A DNA stretch of 62,816 nucleotides, the filler included, from Diploschistes diacapsis (taxonomy: Eukaryota), in the NCBI GenBank assembly GCA_023645945.1. It is 31 parts of 31 records of this genome, joined end to end, with 100 filler letters (N's around TTAATTAATTAA, not from the genome) between each part and the next. Parts side by side here need not be neighbours in the genome. Positions count along the whole stretch, not along the records: positions 1 to 1,312 come from JALAIB010003343.1; positions 1,413 to 2,724 come from JALAIB010003344.1; positions 2,825 to 4,136 come from JALAIB010003345.1; positions 4,237 to 5,547 come from JALAIB010003346.1; positions 5,648 to 6,958 come from JALAIB010003347.1; positions 7,059 to 8,368 come from JALAIB010003348.1; positions 8,469 to 9,778 come from JALAIB010003349.1; positions 9,879 to 30,501 come from JALAIB010000335.1; 23 more parts are not named here. One strand, given 5' to 3'. Shown here in pieces: positions 1 to 12,302 of the stretch. The notes under the pieces are model-generated. The model saw nothing but the letters and a program-made list of their open reading frames with translations. It searched no databases and was not told the DNA's origin. Each line of letters opens with the position of its first letter. Positions within the stretch are counted from its first letter, which is position 1. The translations under genes were made by a program, and so were the position numbers.

Positions 1-947
1 ACATTAAAGCGGTTAAGCTACGAAATAAATTTATTATTTTTTTTAATAAAATCGTCCGTTGTATATAAAATACGTATTAAGTCGAATAGCTTCCCCGTCG
101 GTAAGGTATCGATAAATTCCCGCCTCGTGATATCTTTCACGAATGCTCGCGGAATAAATAAATATTTTATTATTAATTTTTTTTAGGTCGGCAACGCTTC
201 AGTTAACCTACGATAAACTTGCGATATTCAATCGTTTTCCTCGCCCTTCGGGTTTTTTGGCCTAGACATATAACTCGAAACTAATAATATTCCATCCGGA
301 CCCTTCCGAGTAAATAACACTCTTATTAACCTACAATGGACCTACGGCGTCTCGCCGTCGTCCTCGCCTTCCGGGTTTTCTAACCCAGGCACTTTAAAGA
401 TTAATAATATTATATTCAAGCTTCCTTAATAAAATAGCACTTCGGCTAACCTACGATAAACCTACGGTATCTTATCGTCGTTTTCGCCTTCCGGGTGTTT
501 TGGCCTAAGGCGGAATTTTCTAAATTCTCGTAACATCGCGGTACCCTTACGAAGGGCCTACGGTATAATACCGGACACGCTTCGATATAACATAACGAAT
601 AATCTATTCAACCTAACAAGCTTATGTTTTAGAATAAATAATAATCTATTAATTTAATAATCCGTTTCGTAATAATTTAACCTCCGTAACGGTGCATCGA
701 TAGGATTTATCTTACCGGGGAGGTGTGTAATAATAAAATTAAAAACAGTTAGATATACTGTCCATCTCGTTTACCTATCAGTCAAAAAATTTTGATTTAT
801 AAAACCTTTTAGGTTATTATAGTCCGTAAGGATCTCGATAATATACCGAGCGTTTTCTAAATAATACTTCTAATATTTAAAAGTTTTTATAATAGCCAAT
901 AATTCTTAATCGTGGGTTTTATAATTTCTTTCGGCGGGAATTATTTT
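1..947 (-). mobile_element. RIP-degenerate Ty3/gypsy pol fragment (RNase H running toward integrase)
   Basis: Minus-strand translation YKTHD*ELLAIIKTFKY*KYYL...ILTD*NNL...RW...F.ITHLPGKINPIDAPLRR matches the gypsy RNase H consensus. Confidence 0.85.
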
Positions 948-1312
948 TGTAAGGCCAAGCAAGGAGCATGCCAATAGTCGGACAAGCGGCATTCAGGGTC
1001 TTGGCTTGCGGGTACTTGAAAGGGGATTTTGCCCTTCTTACTCTCTCCTCTTCTTTAGTAATTAGTCCTAGCATGAATATGCCCTACGTACAGCCATCTT
1101 GCCATATTATCGTATTCCACCCTTTATAGTTCTAATTACTTTACCTTTCTTAAAGACGACGATCCGACAAGATAACACGTTCTTCGCAACGTATACGCAA
1201 AATAAACCCACGCAACTAAATTAAAATAAAAGAAAGTGAAGGAAGGGAAAGAAGTGAACGATCTAGAATTATTTTATTTAATGAAAAGGATTTAGATTAT
1301 ACCGAGTAATAA

Positions 1313-1412
1313 NNNNNNNNNNNNNNNNNNNNNNNNNNNNNNNNNNNNNNNNNNNNTTAATTAATTAANNNNNNNNNNNNNNNNNNNNNNNNNNNNNNNN
1401 NNNNNNNNNNNN
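1313..1412. other. Artificial contig spacer N44-TTAATTAATTAA-N44 (first of 30 identical spacers; last at 61416-61515)
   Basis: Identical 100-bp blocks with stops in all six frames; flanking contigs decrease in length from 1312 to 1301 bp, except one of 20.6 kb. Confidence 0.99.
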
Positions 1413-2915
1413 GAGGGGAGGCAAGGGTCGGCGGTCCGGGGCTTTGACGGGAATGGGATCTGTAGATGAGGAAAACTGACGTCTCCGGGAAAAGCGTTTT
1501 TTGGTGTGTGAACTGGGAAAGAGTTTTAAACGGCAAGCTATGTAGGTAGGTACCCCCTGCTTAAAGCTTGTGTGGGCTATGACTGCTTGACTTCGATCGC
1601 CTGCAATCAATGACAAAAGAGCTCAGAGTGATGACGTAGCTCTATACTTGGGGCGCATTTTGCGCTGCCAGATCTTTTGGATTATGCTAATCCCAGCGTT
1701 TAGATTTCGCTGGTTGCAGTAATTGTGGGACATAGCACCGATCGGTATATTGTATCGTTGGATCGTATGTACAATACCTCTGAACAACAGCCCATTTATC
1801 GGCGCCAGCGCTGGTCATTGATGCCAAGAACTCCGTCAGCATATCGGCATAGGCAATTGAGATGGAATGCGATCTGGGTGGGAAAAAAAAATTGATGATG
1901 ATGACTCAGCAGAAGTGAAATCGACCTCGGGGGTGACCGAAAGCTATGTGGACAGAACACGAATAAGCAAAGAACTCTTTTCCGAGTTCTAGTCCTGCTC
2001 TTGCTGGCCGACTACTATCATCGCGTTTTATCGCGAGACATACCGCAATACCCTCTCTCACGGGCTTTTGATTCCAGAGCGGAGTGAAGGGACTTAATAC
2101 CGTGTTCTAGCTTCTTCAGACAAAAGCCTGATCTCCAAAAGTATAGTCACGTGAATGGAAAGCCAGGTGCAGGGGGTGTAGGGGTGCAGGAAAGTAAATC
2201 CCTACCGAAAGAAAAAGCAGAGGTTTGGGGTTGTAACTCTCATGAAGTTCACCGACACAATATGGAGTCCCTGAGAAAATATCCAAAAACGAGTAGACAA
2301 TGCGGCTCGAGATCTGGATAAGGGAGCAGGATGGAATTGCCGGATTTGGCAAGACTTACTTACGTAAACGCTGAGGTTGAGCCGTGGATAGGTACCGAGG
2401 ATGGGACGCGGACCAGTCACACGCGGTTTGGTTTCGAGGCGGAAGATACTTCGTAGCATCAAATCCCTCACGGAATGGCTAGTGCTAGGGCTGACGCGGA
2501 GGTTAAAGTGCGCGAGTTCTTCCCCGTTTTCCCCGTTTTCTCACTCCATCTTCTGCGCCTGAGTGATGTCTCCGTTCTGAACGCCATTGATTACACCCGT
2601 CCTGCGTCCTCATCGTCGCTTACCATGTCCTCCGCCTACTCATCCGAAATAGCCCTCACCAACCTCTCCTCCCCTCCCCGCCATCACAACGACCCACAAC
2701 AGACTCCCTATGCATCCCCACACCNNNNNNNNNNNNNNNNNNNNNNNNNNNNNNNNNNNNNNNNNNNNTTAATTAATTAANNNNNNNNNNNNNNNNNNNN
2801 NNNNNNNNNNNNNNNNNNNNNNNNGTTTTAAGTGTTTAAAATGGTATAGATTTAGTTATCGATAGTAATCGCTCGGTCGTATTATTAATAATATTTATTT
2901 TTAAAGGTGTTTAAG

Positions 2916-3370
2916 TATTATAATTTTTATTTATATAAGATATACACGAGTAAGATTAAGATAAATTTAATTTCTATTAAAAAAAGAATATAATAAGAGA
3001 AGAAAATAAAATAATTATAAATCTTGAATTATTTCTGGAAAGAAGGCTTTAAGGTAATAAAAATAACGAATATAAATTAATCCCGAGTAATGATTTAAAA
3101 TATTTATAAAAATAAATACGTTTTTTTTTACGAAGGTAGAGTCGTGTTTATATATAATTAACTCGTTCGCCGTTTATTGTAAATTTAGTGAACGGTGTTT
3201 TCGAGGTTTATTGTTTACGAAAATAAGCACGACCGTCGAGCGATGGCGAAAGCCTACTCGCCGCTCACGAGGATGAGCGCGAGCAGTAAGCGCATCACGT
3301 GACCCCTGGTCCCGTGACTGACCTATATACAAAGCTGGGACGTGCCAAGTCTGGTACTTGGATCGTAACA
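2916..3370 (-). repeat. LTR family A (455 bp, TGTTACGATCC...ATAACA)
   Basis: Same termini and about the same length as copies at 7554, 36260, 51828 and 60664; internal sequence continues to 2825. Confidence 0.85.
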
Positions 3371-3990
3371 CACGGACACGGATACCGCAGTAAAAAATTT
3401 CTCGACACGAACATTAATATGGACATTACATTATAGTAAAAACACGGACACGGACATTATAATTAAAATTTTTAAAACACGGACATTAACACGAATATTA
3501 TAATATAATAAAAATACTAATACGGATATTATAGTTAAAATTTTCTCGACACGGATATTAACACGGATTATATAATACCGTAAAAGCACGGACACGGATA
3601 TTATAATTAAAATTTTTAAAACACGGACACTAACACGAACACTGTATTACAGTGAAAGCACGGACACGGACACTGTAGCTAAGATTTTTAAAACATGGAT
3701 ACTAACACGGATACTACAATATAGTAAAAGCACTAACACGGATACTGTAACTAAAATTTTCTCGGCACGGACACTAACACGGACACTATAATACCGTGAA
3801 AGCACGGACATAGATACTGTAGTTAAGACTTTTAAAACACGGATACTAACACGGACACTACAATATAATAAAAGCACTGACACGGACACTGCAATGCAGT
3901 AAAAGCACTAACACGGACACTATAATACAGTGAAAACACTGACACGGACACCGCAATACAATAAAAACACGGACACGGGATACTATACTA
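3371..3990. repeat. Array of ACACGGACAC-type subterminal repeats of the hAT-like element family (cf. 45110-45701)
   Basis: Dozens of acacggacac/acactaacac units; reverse complement aligns with 45240-45360 and 45540-45670. Confidence 0.8.
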
Positions 3991-4309
3991 AAATATTCGT
4001 GCATTTATTGATACCATTCTAATATACGTATATTATTTTAACAGCGTAAAAATTGATCGTGAGAATTAAACGTAAGAATTTTATTTATAATAACTTACGT
4101 CTAACGTAAACTTTATAATTTATTAACGTAATACCTNNNNNNNNNNNNNNNNNNNNNNNNNNNNNNNNNNNNNNNNNNNNTTAATTAATTAANNNNNNNN
4201 NNNNNNNNNNNNNNNNNNNNNNNNNNNNNNNNNNNNATATAATACATTTAGAACCTATCTTAAATCCTATCGGCGATCCTTATCACCGCCGACCCTTATT
4301 TTTATTACC

Positions 4310-4960
4310 TATAACAGTCGAGTTGGAGGAAAGATATTATAAAATAGACAAGCTACTAACTAAAAAGAAATTTAAGAAGGACAAAAGATGGAAAACAAAG
4401 TATTTAATACGTTAAACGGGATACGATGCTAACGAAAATATATAAATATCGTTAAAAAAACTACTACGGTATATTAAAGACCTCGTCGCCGACTACGAAA
4501 AAAACCATAACGAACTTATAGAAATTAAATAAAACTAGAAATAAAATGCAGGCAAAGACGGCGACGATTATAAAAGTTTTAATCTCTTAAAAGAATCAAA
4601 GTTGCTTTGCTATTTAAAGGCTTTTAACAAGCCTTTTTAGGAGGTTTTTTCTTCAAGATAAATGGGCATAAAAGAAGATGCTTTAGGATCGCTATTGGTA
4701 AGGATACAAAATAAATACATGCTTATGGGGGTATAAGCTTTTGCTAAAAGGGGGAGATTGTGGTAGTTGCTGAGCTTGCTTGTAGGTTGCTGCTGGGGCA
4801 GGTGTTGCCGACCTCGCTGTCTAGGCATCATCTATGACGATGGCGCTTGGCATCTACTGTATATAAGTAGATTTTGCTCCAGATTAGCTACCAATCCACA
4901 CACTTCTCACATTTGATTTTATAGATGATTTGCTTAGCATAATTATTTAAATCGTAATAT
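4310..4960 (+). mobile_element. Chromoviral Ty3/gypsy 3' end: RIP'd chromodomain, PPT and start of the 3' LTR
   Basis: YYKIDKLL...KYLIR*TGYDANENI*I chromodomain pattern; purine tract AAAAGGGGGAGA at about 4746 followed by TGTGG at 4759. Confidence 0.7.
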
Positions 4961-5710
4961 TATTTTTTTTCTTTAGTTTTATCGGCCCGATAAGCACCGA
5001 AGGATAAATATAAGTATTAAATAAAAAAGAATCCTAAGTCGTAGGACAGCGATATCTTCTTTATCTTTAAAATAAAAGAAACGTCTAGGTTCCATCATTC
5101 GTCTTCGGGGTTATTTAGACATATTATTTTATAATTACTGTCTATTCTTTCACAATTATATTAGGATACTTTTTATTTCCGTTAAATACGCTCGTTATGC
5201 TGAATTTAATAGGAAGGATTACATTTCTGTTACTTAAAAGATAGTTGAACGAATTATTCTTTCGACACGAGAAGAGATCGATAAGAATAAAAAGCTTATT
5301 AACGAGAATAATAAGTAAAAGAAAGAGCTAAAGAAATAATTCCGTAAAATTAAAGATCGTCGTTTTTAGCGTAAACGTCGTATTCGTCGTAATCGAAAGA
5401 TTCTTAAGTTAACGAAAGATCGTGTTAACGAACAGGCGCGTTGTTTAACGGAAAAATTAGATTTAAAATCGTTCGAGGTATATATCAACGTTTAAAAAGA
5501 TTTATTAACGGAATTTAATTTAAAATTATTTAAGTTAACGACGATATNNNNNNNNNNNNNNNNNNNNNNNNNNNNNNNNNNNNNNNNNNNNTTAATTAAT
5601 TAANNNNNNNNNNNNNNNNNNNNNNNNNNNNNNNNNNNNNNNNNNNNGAAATTAATTAAAAAAAGAATATCGCGTTTGTAAAAGATATAAGTATCTAGAA
5701 AGAAGGGTAA

Positions 5711-6029
5711 TAAGATAGCCCAGTTTAGGGGCTTATTAAATTACGGTAGGGTTAATACTTAGATACTTGCCAAGTCACGGCAGGGTTAATGTCTAAATGC
5801 TTGCTAAGACACGGCAGGGTTAGGAAGTGGTTGTATAGATGGGTAGTCCCCGAACCCCGGTAAACTAACATTTATACTACTTAACGGTGCCTTTCTCTCA
5901 TCTAGATAGTTTCTTTTTCAGCTTTTTAAATCGAGATCTTTTACCTGCAGATGTTCAAGCTATATCTAATCCTTCCGGATCAGGCCCAGCCCCCGGTAGA
6001 GTAGCATCCTTTCCTGCGCTGGCGTTTCA
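5711..6029 (+). repeat. LTR family B variant (3' LTR preceded by a PPT) with 33-bp U3 tandem repeats
   Basis: Preceded by AGAAAGAAGGG; ends GCGCTGGCGTTTCA as at 8833 and the minus-strand copies. Confidence 0.75.
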
Positions 6030-7058
6030 TTACGTTATATTAACGAAAATAAAGCGTTTTTCGAAATCGACGTCGATTTAATAATAAAAATTTTCGATAC
6101 GTTAAATATTATCGACGTTTAAATTAAGATAAGTTTACGTATATAAACGTATATATTAACGTTCTTTAAAAATCTAATTAACGTCGAAATACGTTTTTTC
6201 TTTTATATTAAAAAACTCGCGGAGATTTCGTCGTTATTTATAAAACTTCGTCGACGTCGCGGTTTTAATATATATTTAAATACGATATTATAGTTTCTTA
6301 ATGTTTTTTTTAGATCGTCCCGGTCGAAAATAGACCCGATATGTTTCAATAATATATCATATATAGATTTATAATAATTAACTTTTATTTACCGTCGTCG
6401 CCTATATTCCCGTCGTTAATTCCTATTTGATCGTTACGTCGCTTCTTTTTTCCTCGATCGTTTCTATTATCGCTCGCGTCGCCGCTTTTATTTTCGTTAT
6501 TTTTAATTCGATTTTCTTTACGTATATTTCCGTTTTAAATAATTCGATTTTAATTACGCGGCGTATCGCCGTTAATACGTCTTATATTACGACGGTTTTA
6601 ATTTATTCGAAAAATCTTTCGATTTTTATTTTTATTTTCGCGGTTTATTATTCCGCGTTCGTTATTACGCGTCGTCCGATAATTACTTAACGGCGGATAA
6701 AGACGGCGATTATATCCTTAATTTAATCGAAAAGTATTAAACGATATTACGGAATATCGTCGATAAAAACGAATCGATCGAAATAAACGAATAATTAATT
6801 AAAAAAAGTTTCCGATTCGTTAACGATAATTAAAAAACGACGAGAAACGTCGTGCCGACGTTAATTATTTCTATCATTATTAAAAGGAAATGACGGTATT
6901 TATTAATATTAAAGATTACGTCGATTTAAACGATAAAATCGACGACAAACCTTCGGGCNNNNNNNNNNNNNNNNNNNNNNNNNNNNNNNNNNNNNNNNNN
7001 NNTTAATTAATTAANNNNNNNNNNNNNNNNNNNNNNNNNNNNNNNNNNNNNNNNNNNN

Positions 7059-7553
7059 CGGTTATCGCAGTAAAAGATCTAGAATGTTATTAAATAGACA
7101 TTAATAATGCATTTACGAAAACGTCGTTGACGCATTAGATCTATATAATGCTACTTAAAAGATATAATGTCTTTAAGAATACTATTTTGAAGATTAATAA
7201 AAGTTTATACGGACTAAAGCAGGCAGCAAAGGATTGACACGAGGAATACGGCAATATAATCTTGAACCTAAGATTTAAAAGATGCGACGCCGATCTTTAT
7301 GTTTTTATTTTATAAAATCGAAAGCTACTAATTGGTTTATACGTCGACGATATTATCGTAATAGTATCTAAATTACGAAACGTGAATTAATTTAAAAAAA
7401 CCCTCGCTGAACGTTATAAGATTAAAGATCTAAAAGAGATTAAAAAGATTCTAGAAATAAGAATTCAACGACAACGCTAGGGAGTAATTTAGTTAAATCT
7501 TGACCAAAAAGTTTACGTTAAGAAGATGCTCGATCGGTTCAAGATGGCAACGG
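7059..7553 (+). mobile_element. RIP-degenerate Ty1/copia reverse transcriptase
   Basis: IDINNAF, KSLYGLKQAAKD*, LYVDDII and YKIKDL motifs; interrupted by LTR A at 7554. Confidence 0.92.
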
Positions 7554-8368
7554 TGTTACGATCCAAGTACCAGACTTGGCACGTCCTAGCTTTGTATATA
7601 GATCAGTCACGGGACCGGGGGTCACGTGATACGCTTACTGCTCGCGTTCATTCTCGTGAACGGCGAGCAAGCTTTCGCCACCGCTCGACGATCGCGCTTA
7701 TTCTCGTGAACGATAAACCTCGAAAATACCGTTCGTTAAGTTTACGATAAACGACGAGCGAGTTAATTATATATAAACACGATTCTATCTTTATAAAAAA
7801 AAACGTGTTTATTTTTATAAATATTCTTAATTATTACTCGGGATTAATTTATATTCGTTATCTTTATTATTAAAGAACCTTCTTTTTAAAGATAGTTTAA
7901 AACCTATAATTACTTTATTTTTTTTTTTTATTACATTTTTTTTCTAACAGAGACCAAACTTACTTTAATTAATACCTCGTATCTACTTTATAAAGATAAA
8001 GGTTATAACTCTTAAACATCCTTAAGAATAAATGTTTCAAATAATATAACCGGGCGATCGCCATCGATAACTAGATTCGTATCATTTCGAATACCTAAGG
8101 CAGCAACGCCACTAAATGAAACCGATGTTTCGATAATAAACATTACGGAAACTAAAAACGACGATCTCGGAAATAACGATAAATCTAACGAAGATAAATC
8201 GTATAAAAAACTTATTATAAAAGTTATAAAATTAATAACGTTTTACGAAGATCGAAAGAAACTAGAATATTAAATATTTTAATTTTTAATATATTTTTAC
8301 TGAAATCAGTACATTATAAACGATTAAAGAAAACGAATAATTTTCGCGATAAGATTTATACGTAACCG
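7554..8368 (+). mobile_element. LTR family A 5' LTR (7554-8010) plus internal leader
   Basis: TGTTACGATCC start; internal sequence homologous to 61119-61415. Confidence 0.85.
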
Positions 8369-8468
8369 NNNNNNNNNNNNNNNNNNNNNNNNNNNNNNNN
8401 NNNNNNNNNNNNTTAATTAATTAANNNNNNNNNNNNNNNNNNNNNNNNNNNNNNNNNNNNNNNNNNNN

Positions 8469-8833
8469 TGCCAAGCCACGGCAGGGTTAGTGCCCAGGTG
8501 CTTGCCAAGCCACGGCAGGGTTAGTGCCTAGGTGCTTGCCAAGCCACGGCAGGATTAATGCCCAGGTGCTTGCCAAGACACGGCAAGGTCAATGCCCAGG
8601 TGCTTGCCAAGATACGGCAGGGTCAGGAAATGGTTATATAGATAGGTGATCCCCGAACCCCGGTAGGTCTAACATCCACACTACTTAACGGTACCTTCTT
8701 CTCATTTAGATAGTTTTTTCTTCAGCTTTTCGAATCGAGACCTTTTACCTATAGATACTCAAGCTATACCTAATCCTTCCGGATCAGGCCCAGCCCCCGG
8801 TAGAATAGCATCCTTTCCTGCGCTGGCGTTTCA
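8469..8833 (+). repeat. LTR family B variant with at least 5 x 33-bp tandem repeats
   Basis: cccaggtgcttgccaagccacggcagggttagtg repeated; ends GGCGTTTCA. Confidence 0.8.
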
Positions 8834-8959
8834 CTAAAATAGAATTATCGGCACTTAGGATCCCCTACTTAAATCCGTCCGGATCGTGATTTTGGGCGTA
8901 AATTCGATAACGAATCCCGAAATATTACTTCACGAAATCGTTTATATCTTCTTTATCCA

Positions 8960-9778
8960 TTAAATCTGATTCTACAGCGGGTCGTCGGAAGAACGCATCT
9001 ATTATAACATAATGTTTTTTCAAGACATGTCGTACTTCGAAATCAAAAAGCTAAATTTATACAAATTAATTACTAACGAGGGCCCTTAATAGATCGATAT
9101 TAAACTTATTTAATTGATATATTAAAGTTTTAGCGTCTAACTTAAGAATAAAATGTATTTTATATAAATAAAACATTATTTTTTTTAAATTTTTTAATAA
9201 TTCCCGGCATTCACGCTTTCTTATATCGTACTTTGCTTCCGAAAAAAACCATATTCCGCTCTCGTATCTAGATATATAACGACGCTTTCTATCAATACTT
9301 AATTATCCCAAAAAACTTCCCCAATCAATCTTACTTACATCAACTCTTAGAATAATCGGCTGCTTCTCGACCACCATATAATCCAACGGTTTCAGAATGG
9401 GGTACTAATAAAAAATAATTTAAATATATCTATAACCTACTACTAATAAAGACCTTATAAGAAGAATTAATCCTTCTTTAATAACTAATATAAAAACTGA
9501 ACGATAACGATAAAATCCCTAATCTAAATACGATAGTAGATACATATTTTTAGAAATCCTCTGACTTATGTGATGTCTCTCGAAATAGGTTAATATATTA
9601 TCTTTAAAACTTTTTTTAATTCTAGAAAACGTCTTTCCGGGGTGTAAAGATAGCTCACTATCTTTAACTTTTTAATATATTACTGTGATTTCCTTCCTAA
9701 GGTAATTATACCGACTATTTCCATCGTATAAAAAGCTTAATCGATATTCTAAATATATTTAAGTATATATCTCCGTAT
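8960..9778 (-). mobile_element. RIP-degenerate Ty3/gypsy RT-RNase H fragment
   Basis: SRYESGIW...EAKYDIRKRECRELLK...LDAKTL...LFDFEVRHV pattern on the minus strand. Confidence 0.75.
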
Positions 9779-9878
9779 NNNNNNNNNNNNNNNNNNNNNN
9801 NNNNNNNNNNNNNNNNNNNNNNTTAATTAATTAANNNNNNNNNNNNNNNNNNNNNNNNNNNNNNNNNNNNNNNNNNNN

Positions 9879-10695
9879 GTTATCATAATATAACGTTATT
9901 TATATTAATAAATATTTTTTTTTAAAATTTTTATTAACGCTCGAATAAATGTTTATATTATTAAAAACGCTCGCGTCGCGTAGAAGAACGTTAATATCGA
10001 ACTTTTCGATTTTTTTAAACCGATCTTTAAAATTCTCGATATCGTCGACGATCTTTTTAACGTTTTTAAAACTTATTATATCTTACTTACGACGTCTCGA
10101 ACCTTCCGAGAAGTAAATTTTTTAAAAAACGTTACTTTAAATTTTCGGTAAGAACTAAAAATGCCCCGAAGTTTCTCCAAAATAATTAAAACGGCTAAAA
10201 AAGTTCTTACGAAGGTTATACTTTTAGCGATAAAGAATAAGAAGCTTAAAAAGATCTCGATATATCGTTAGAAACGTAAACGCATTATCGTGATTATAAA
10301 AAATAAATTTTTAACCTTTATAAAAATTACTAACGCGCGTTAGGCGAAAGAAAAAGCGCTCTACGAGATAAATAGGCAGGAAAGGCAGAAGAAGACTAAA
10401 AAAAAAAGGCTGGCAGTACTTCAAATTGCTGGGATCTATAAAAATAAGAAGATGGTCCCGAAAGGAAGGCTGGTCATCTTAAGGAAGCTTCCTAACGCCA
10501 GCGTCGTCGACGTTGGCGATTAGACATAATTAAATAAATCTATAAAATTAGATATAATTATTATTCGATCTACAGGGCTTCAAATTAATCATTTTTAAAG
10601 ATATTTTATTTTAAATATTTATTATTGTAGTTTTGTTATTATATCACGTGCACGGGTACTAGGGTCTGCTCGGGTACTAGGGTCACGACTCTACT
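9879..10695 (+). mobile_element. RIP-degenerate pogo/Fot1-like DNA transposon 3' end with terminal repeat
   Basis: Homologous to the reverse complement of about 55150-55440; DDE-1-like C-terminal frame; duplicated CGGGTACTAGGGTC near the end. Confidence 0.55.
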
Positions 10696-10937
10696 CAAGG
10701 TGCTCCTGTTTTCAGCTCCCAACACCTCTTAAACAACCCACAAGCGTTTGCACTGCTGCTCATTGACTCTAATCATGTCGTATAATAGCATGGCGGTCCG
10801 CCATTTTTGGCTTTATCTGTGGGCGCCTTCGTACACTTGCTCTTGCCTACTTACATTCGTGGAAATCTTATTTCAGTTCCTCGCACACCCACTATTCTAC
10901 GAGATTTGGATCGAAGCGACTCGAATTTCTTCCAAAA

Positions 10938-11366
10938 ATGACCACAAGAAATCTCTCAGGAGAGGAGTTGCTGGCCCGAGCCAAAGCAAAGGGCTGCAGT
11001 CATGGCGCTCATCGCGAAGAGGACACTGTCAAGGATATCAAAACCTACAAGAGCAAGACACTTAGAGATCAGGACGGAGCATTGAAACTCTACGGAAGGT
11101 TAGTTGCATTGCAGCCTTAAAGAAATATGCTTACACAACGGATAAGATGGAGAGAAATCGATGAGAATGCATATAGCAGCGACAACGCCTCTGGGACAGC
11201 ACCAATCCTAGAAGAGGGCTCGCGTCCTCCAAACACTGGCATGCTTATGGAATTCGTTCATTTTCATGCCGCCCTGGGCGATGGAAGGATTCACGATGGA
11301 GGACTCATCACCGCCGATTCATTGAATACCTTCATGGAATGGTTCTTCGCTGGATTCGCCACCTAA
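10938..11366 (+). pseudogene. 5' fragment of a DUF3435-type tyrosine recombinase (Starship captain-like), truncated
   Basis: Exon 10938-11098, intron 11099-11146 (GT..cttac..AG), exon to 11366; product ...AKAKGCSHGAHREED...DQDGALKLYGRW...FVHFHAA..GRI...TADSLNTFMEWFFAGF resembles, as I recall it, the N-terminus of fungal DUF3435 proteins; stops abruptly. Confidence 0.65.
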
Positions 11367-11373
11367 TTCCAGT

Positions 11374-12302
11374 ATGAGGGTCATCAAGACAGAGGCTATC
11401 AACACGACGGAGCAAATCAAGGATCTGGTCGACTGGCTCGTCTTCCGCTATGCACCACCAGTTCCATATTCACCAACCATGTACACCGATCTCGAAGGCA
11501 TAGACCTCTGCCGTGAAGGCTCCATTTCCATCCTCACCATTATGATCAATACTGGAATCCCGACTAGACGCGTCTACCTCTTAGATATACACTTACTGGG
11601 CACACAAGCGTTCAATACTGCCGGCGTAAAACAAAAGACGTTGAAGGATATCCTTCAGGACGACAAGGTCTCAAAAATCTTCTTCGACGTTCGCAACGAC
11701 TCGGATGCCTTGTTTGCGCATTTCGGTGTAAGGTTACAGGGGGTTCAGGATATTCAGCTTATGGACGGTGCTGTGAGGAGGACCATAATATCCAGAAAGT
11801 ACTTAAGTGGGCTTGCTAAGTGTGTCGAGAAACACGTCTTTATATCGCAAAGTGGTACCAATCTAGCAAGCTGGAAGCCAGCGAAGGAAAGGGGAGAGAG
11901 ACTGTTCAAGGCTGAACATGGCGGCTCGTATGAAGTTTTCAATCAGCGCCCGATTCCCGAAGAAATTATATCCTATTGTGTTGCTGATGTTCAGTGCCTT
12001 CTGAGTTACGGGATAGGTTCTGCTCACAGACCAATCAGTGGCAAGATCTGGTCAATGAAGAGACCAAGGAACGCATCACGGCGTCTCCAAAACCGGAGTA
12101 TCAGCCCCACGGCCTAGATAGGACGGCAGCTCCATGGAGTGACGATCAAAATAGGACGTTGGATCGGTGGAATTATGTTTCTCCTCGCGATTATTTCGAT
12201 GAAGATTGGGACGATGGACAAGATGATTATGAAGATTGGGATTATGGACGAGACGATTGTGAAGACTGGACGAGGGCAAACTGGCAAGGACCTCCGTCCT
12301 AA
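11374..12302 (+). pseudogene. DEDDy 3'-5' exonuclease (DNA_pol_A_exo1/EGL-like) with a 1-bp frameshift near 12000
   Basis: YTDLEGIDLCREG, FFDVRNDSDAL, DIQLM and YCVADVQCL motifs; C-terminus (ELRDRF...WQDLVNEET) continues in another frame to the stop at 12302. Confidence 0.85.

Noticed and set aside
1357..1368. Regularly spaced TTAATTAATTAA repeats resembling an array
   Set aside because: Artificial six-frame-stop spacer within N runs; adjacency across spacers has no biological meaning
1413..2724. Possible gene start near 2625 and Gcn4/CpcA-like TGACTCA near 1902
   Set aside because: Too short and truncated to support; such motifs occur by chance
3174..3371. Repeated small ORF MLRSKYQTWHVPALY (also 7526 and 36518) as a multicopy peptide gene
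   Set aside because: Chance frame across the RIP-spared end of LTR family A; mostly non-ATG starts
3371..3990. CRISPR-like repeat array
   Set aside because: Eukaryotic context, no unique spacers and no cas genes; matches TE subterminal repeats
6030..6958. AT-rich contigs as mitochondrial DNA, bacterial DNA or an alternative genetic code
   Set aside because: TA-rich, CpG-retaining composition and stop-riddled TE motifs are explained by RIP
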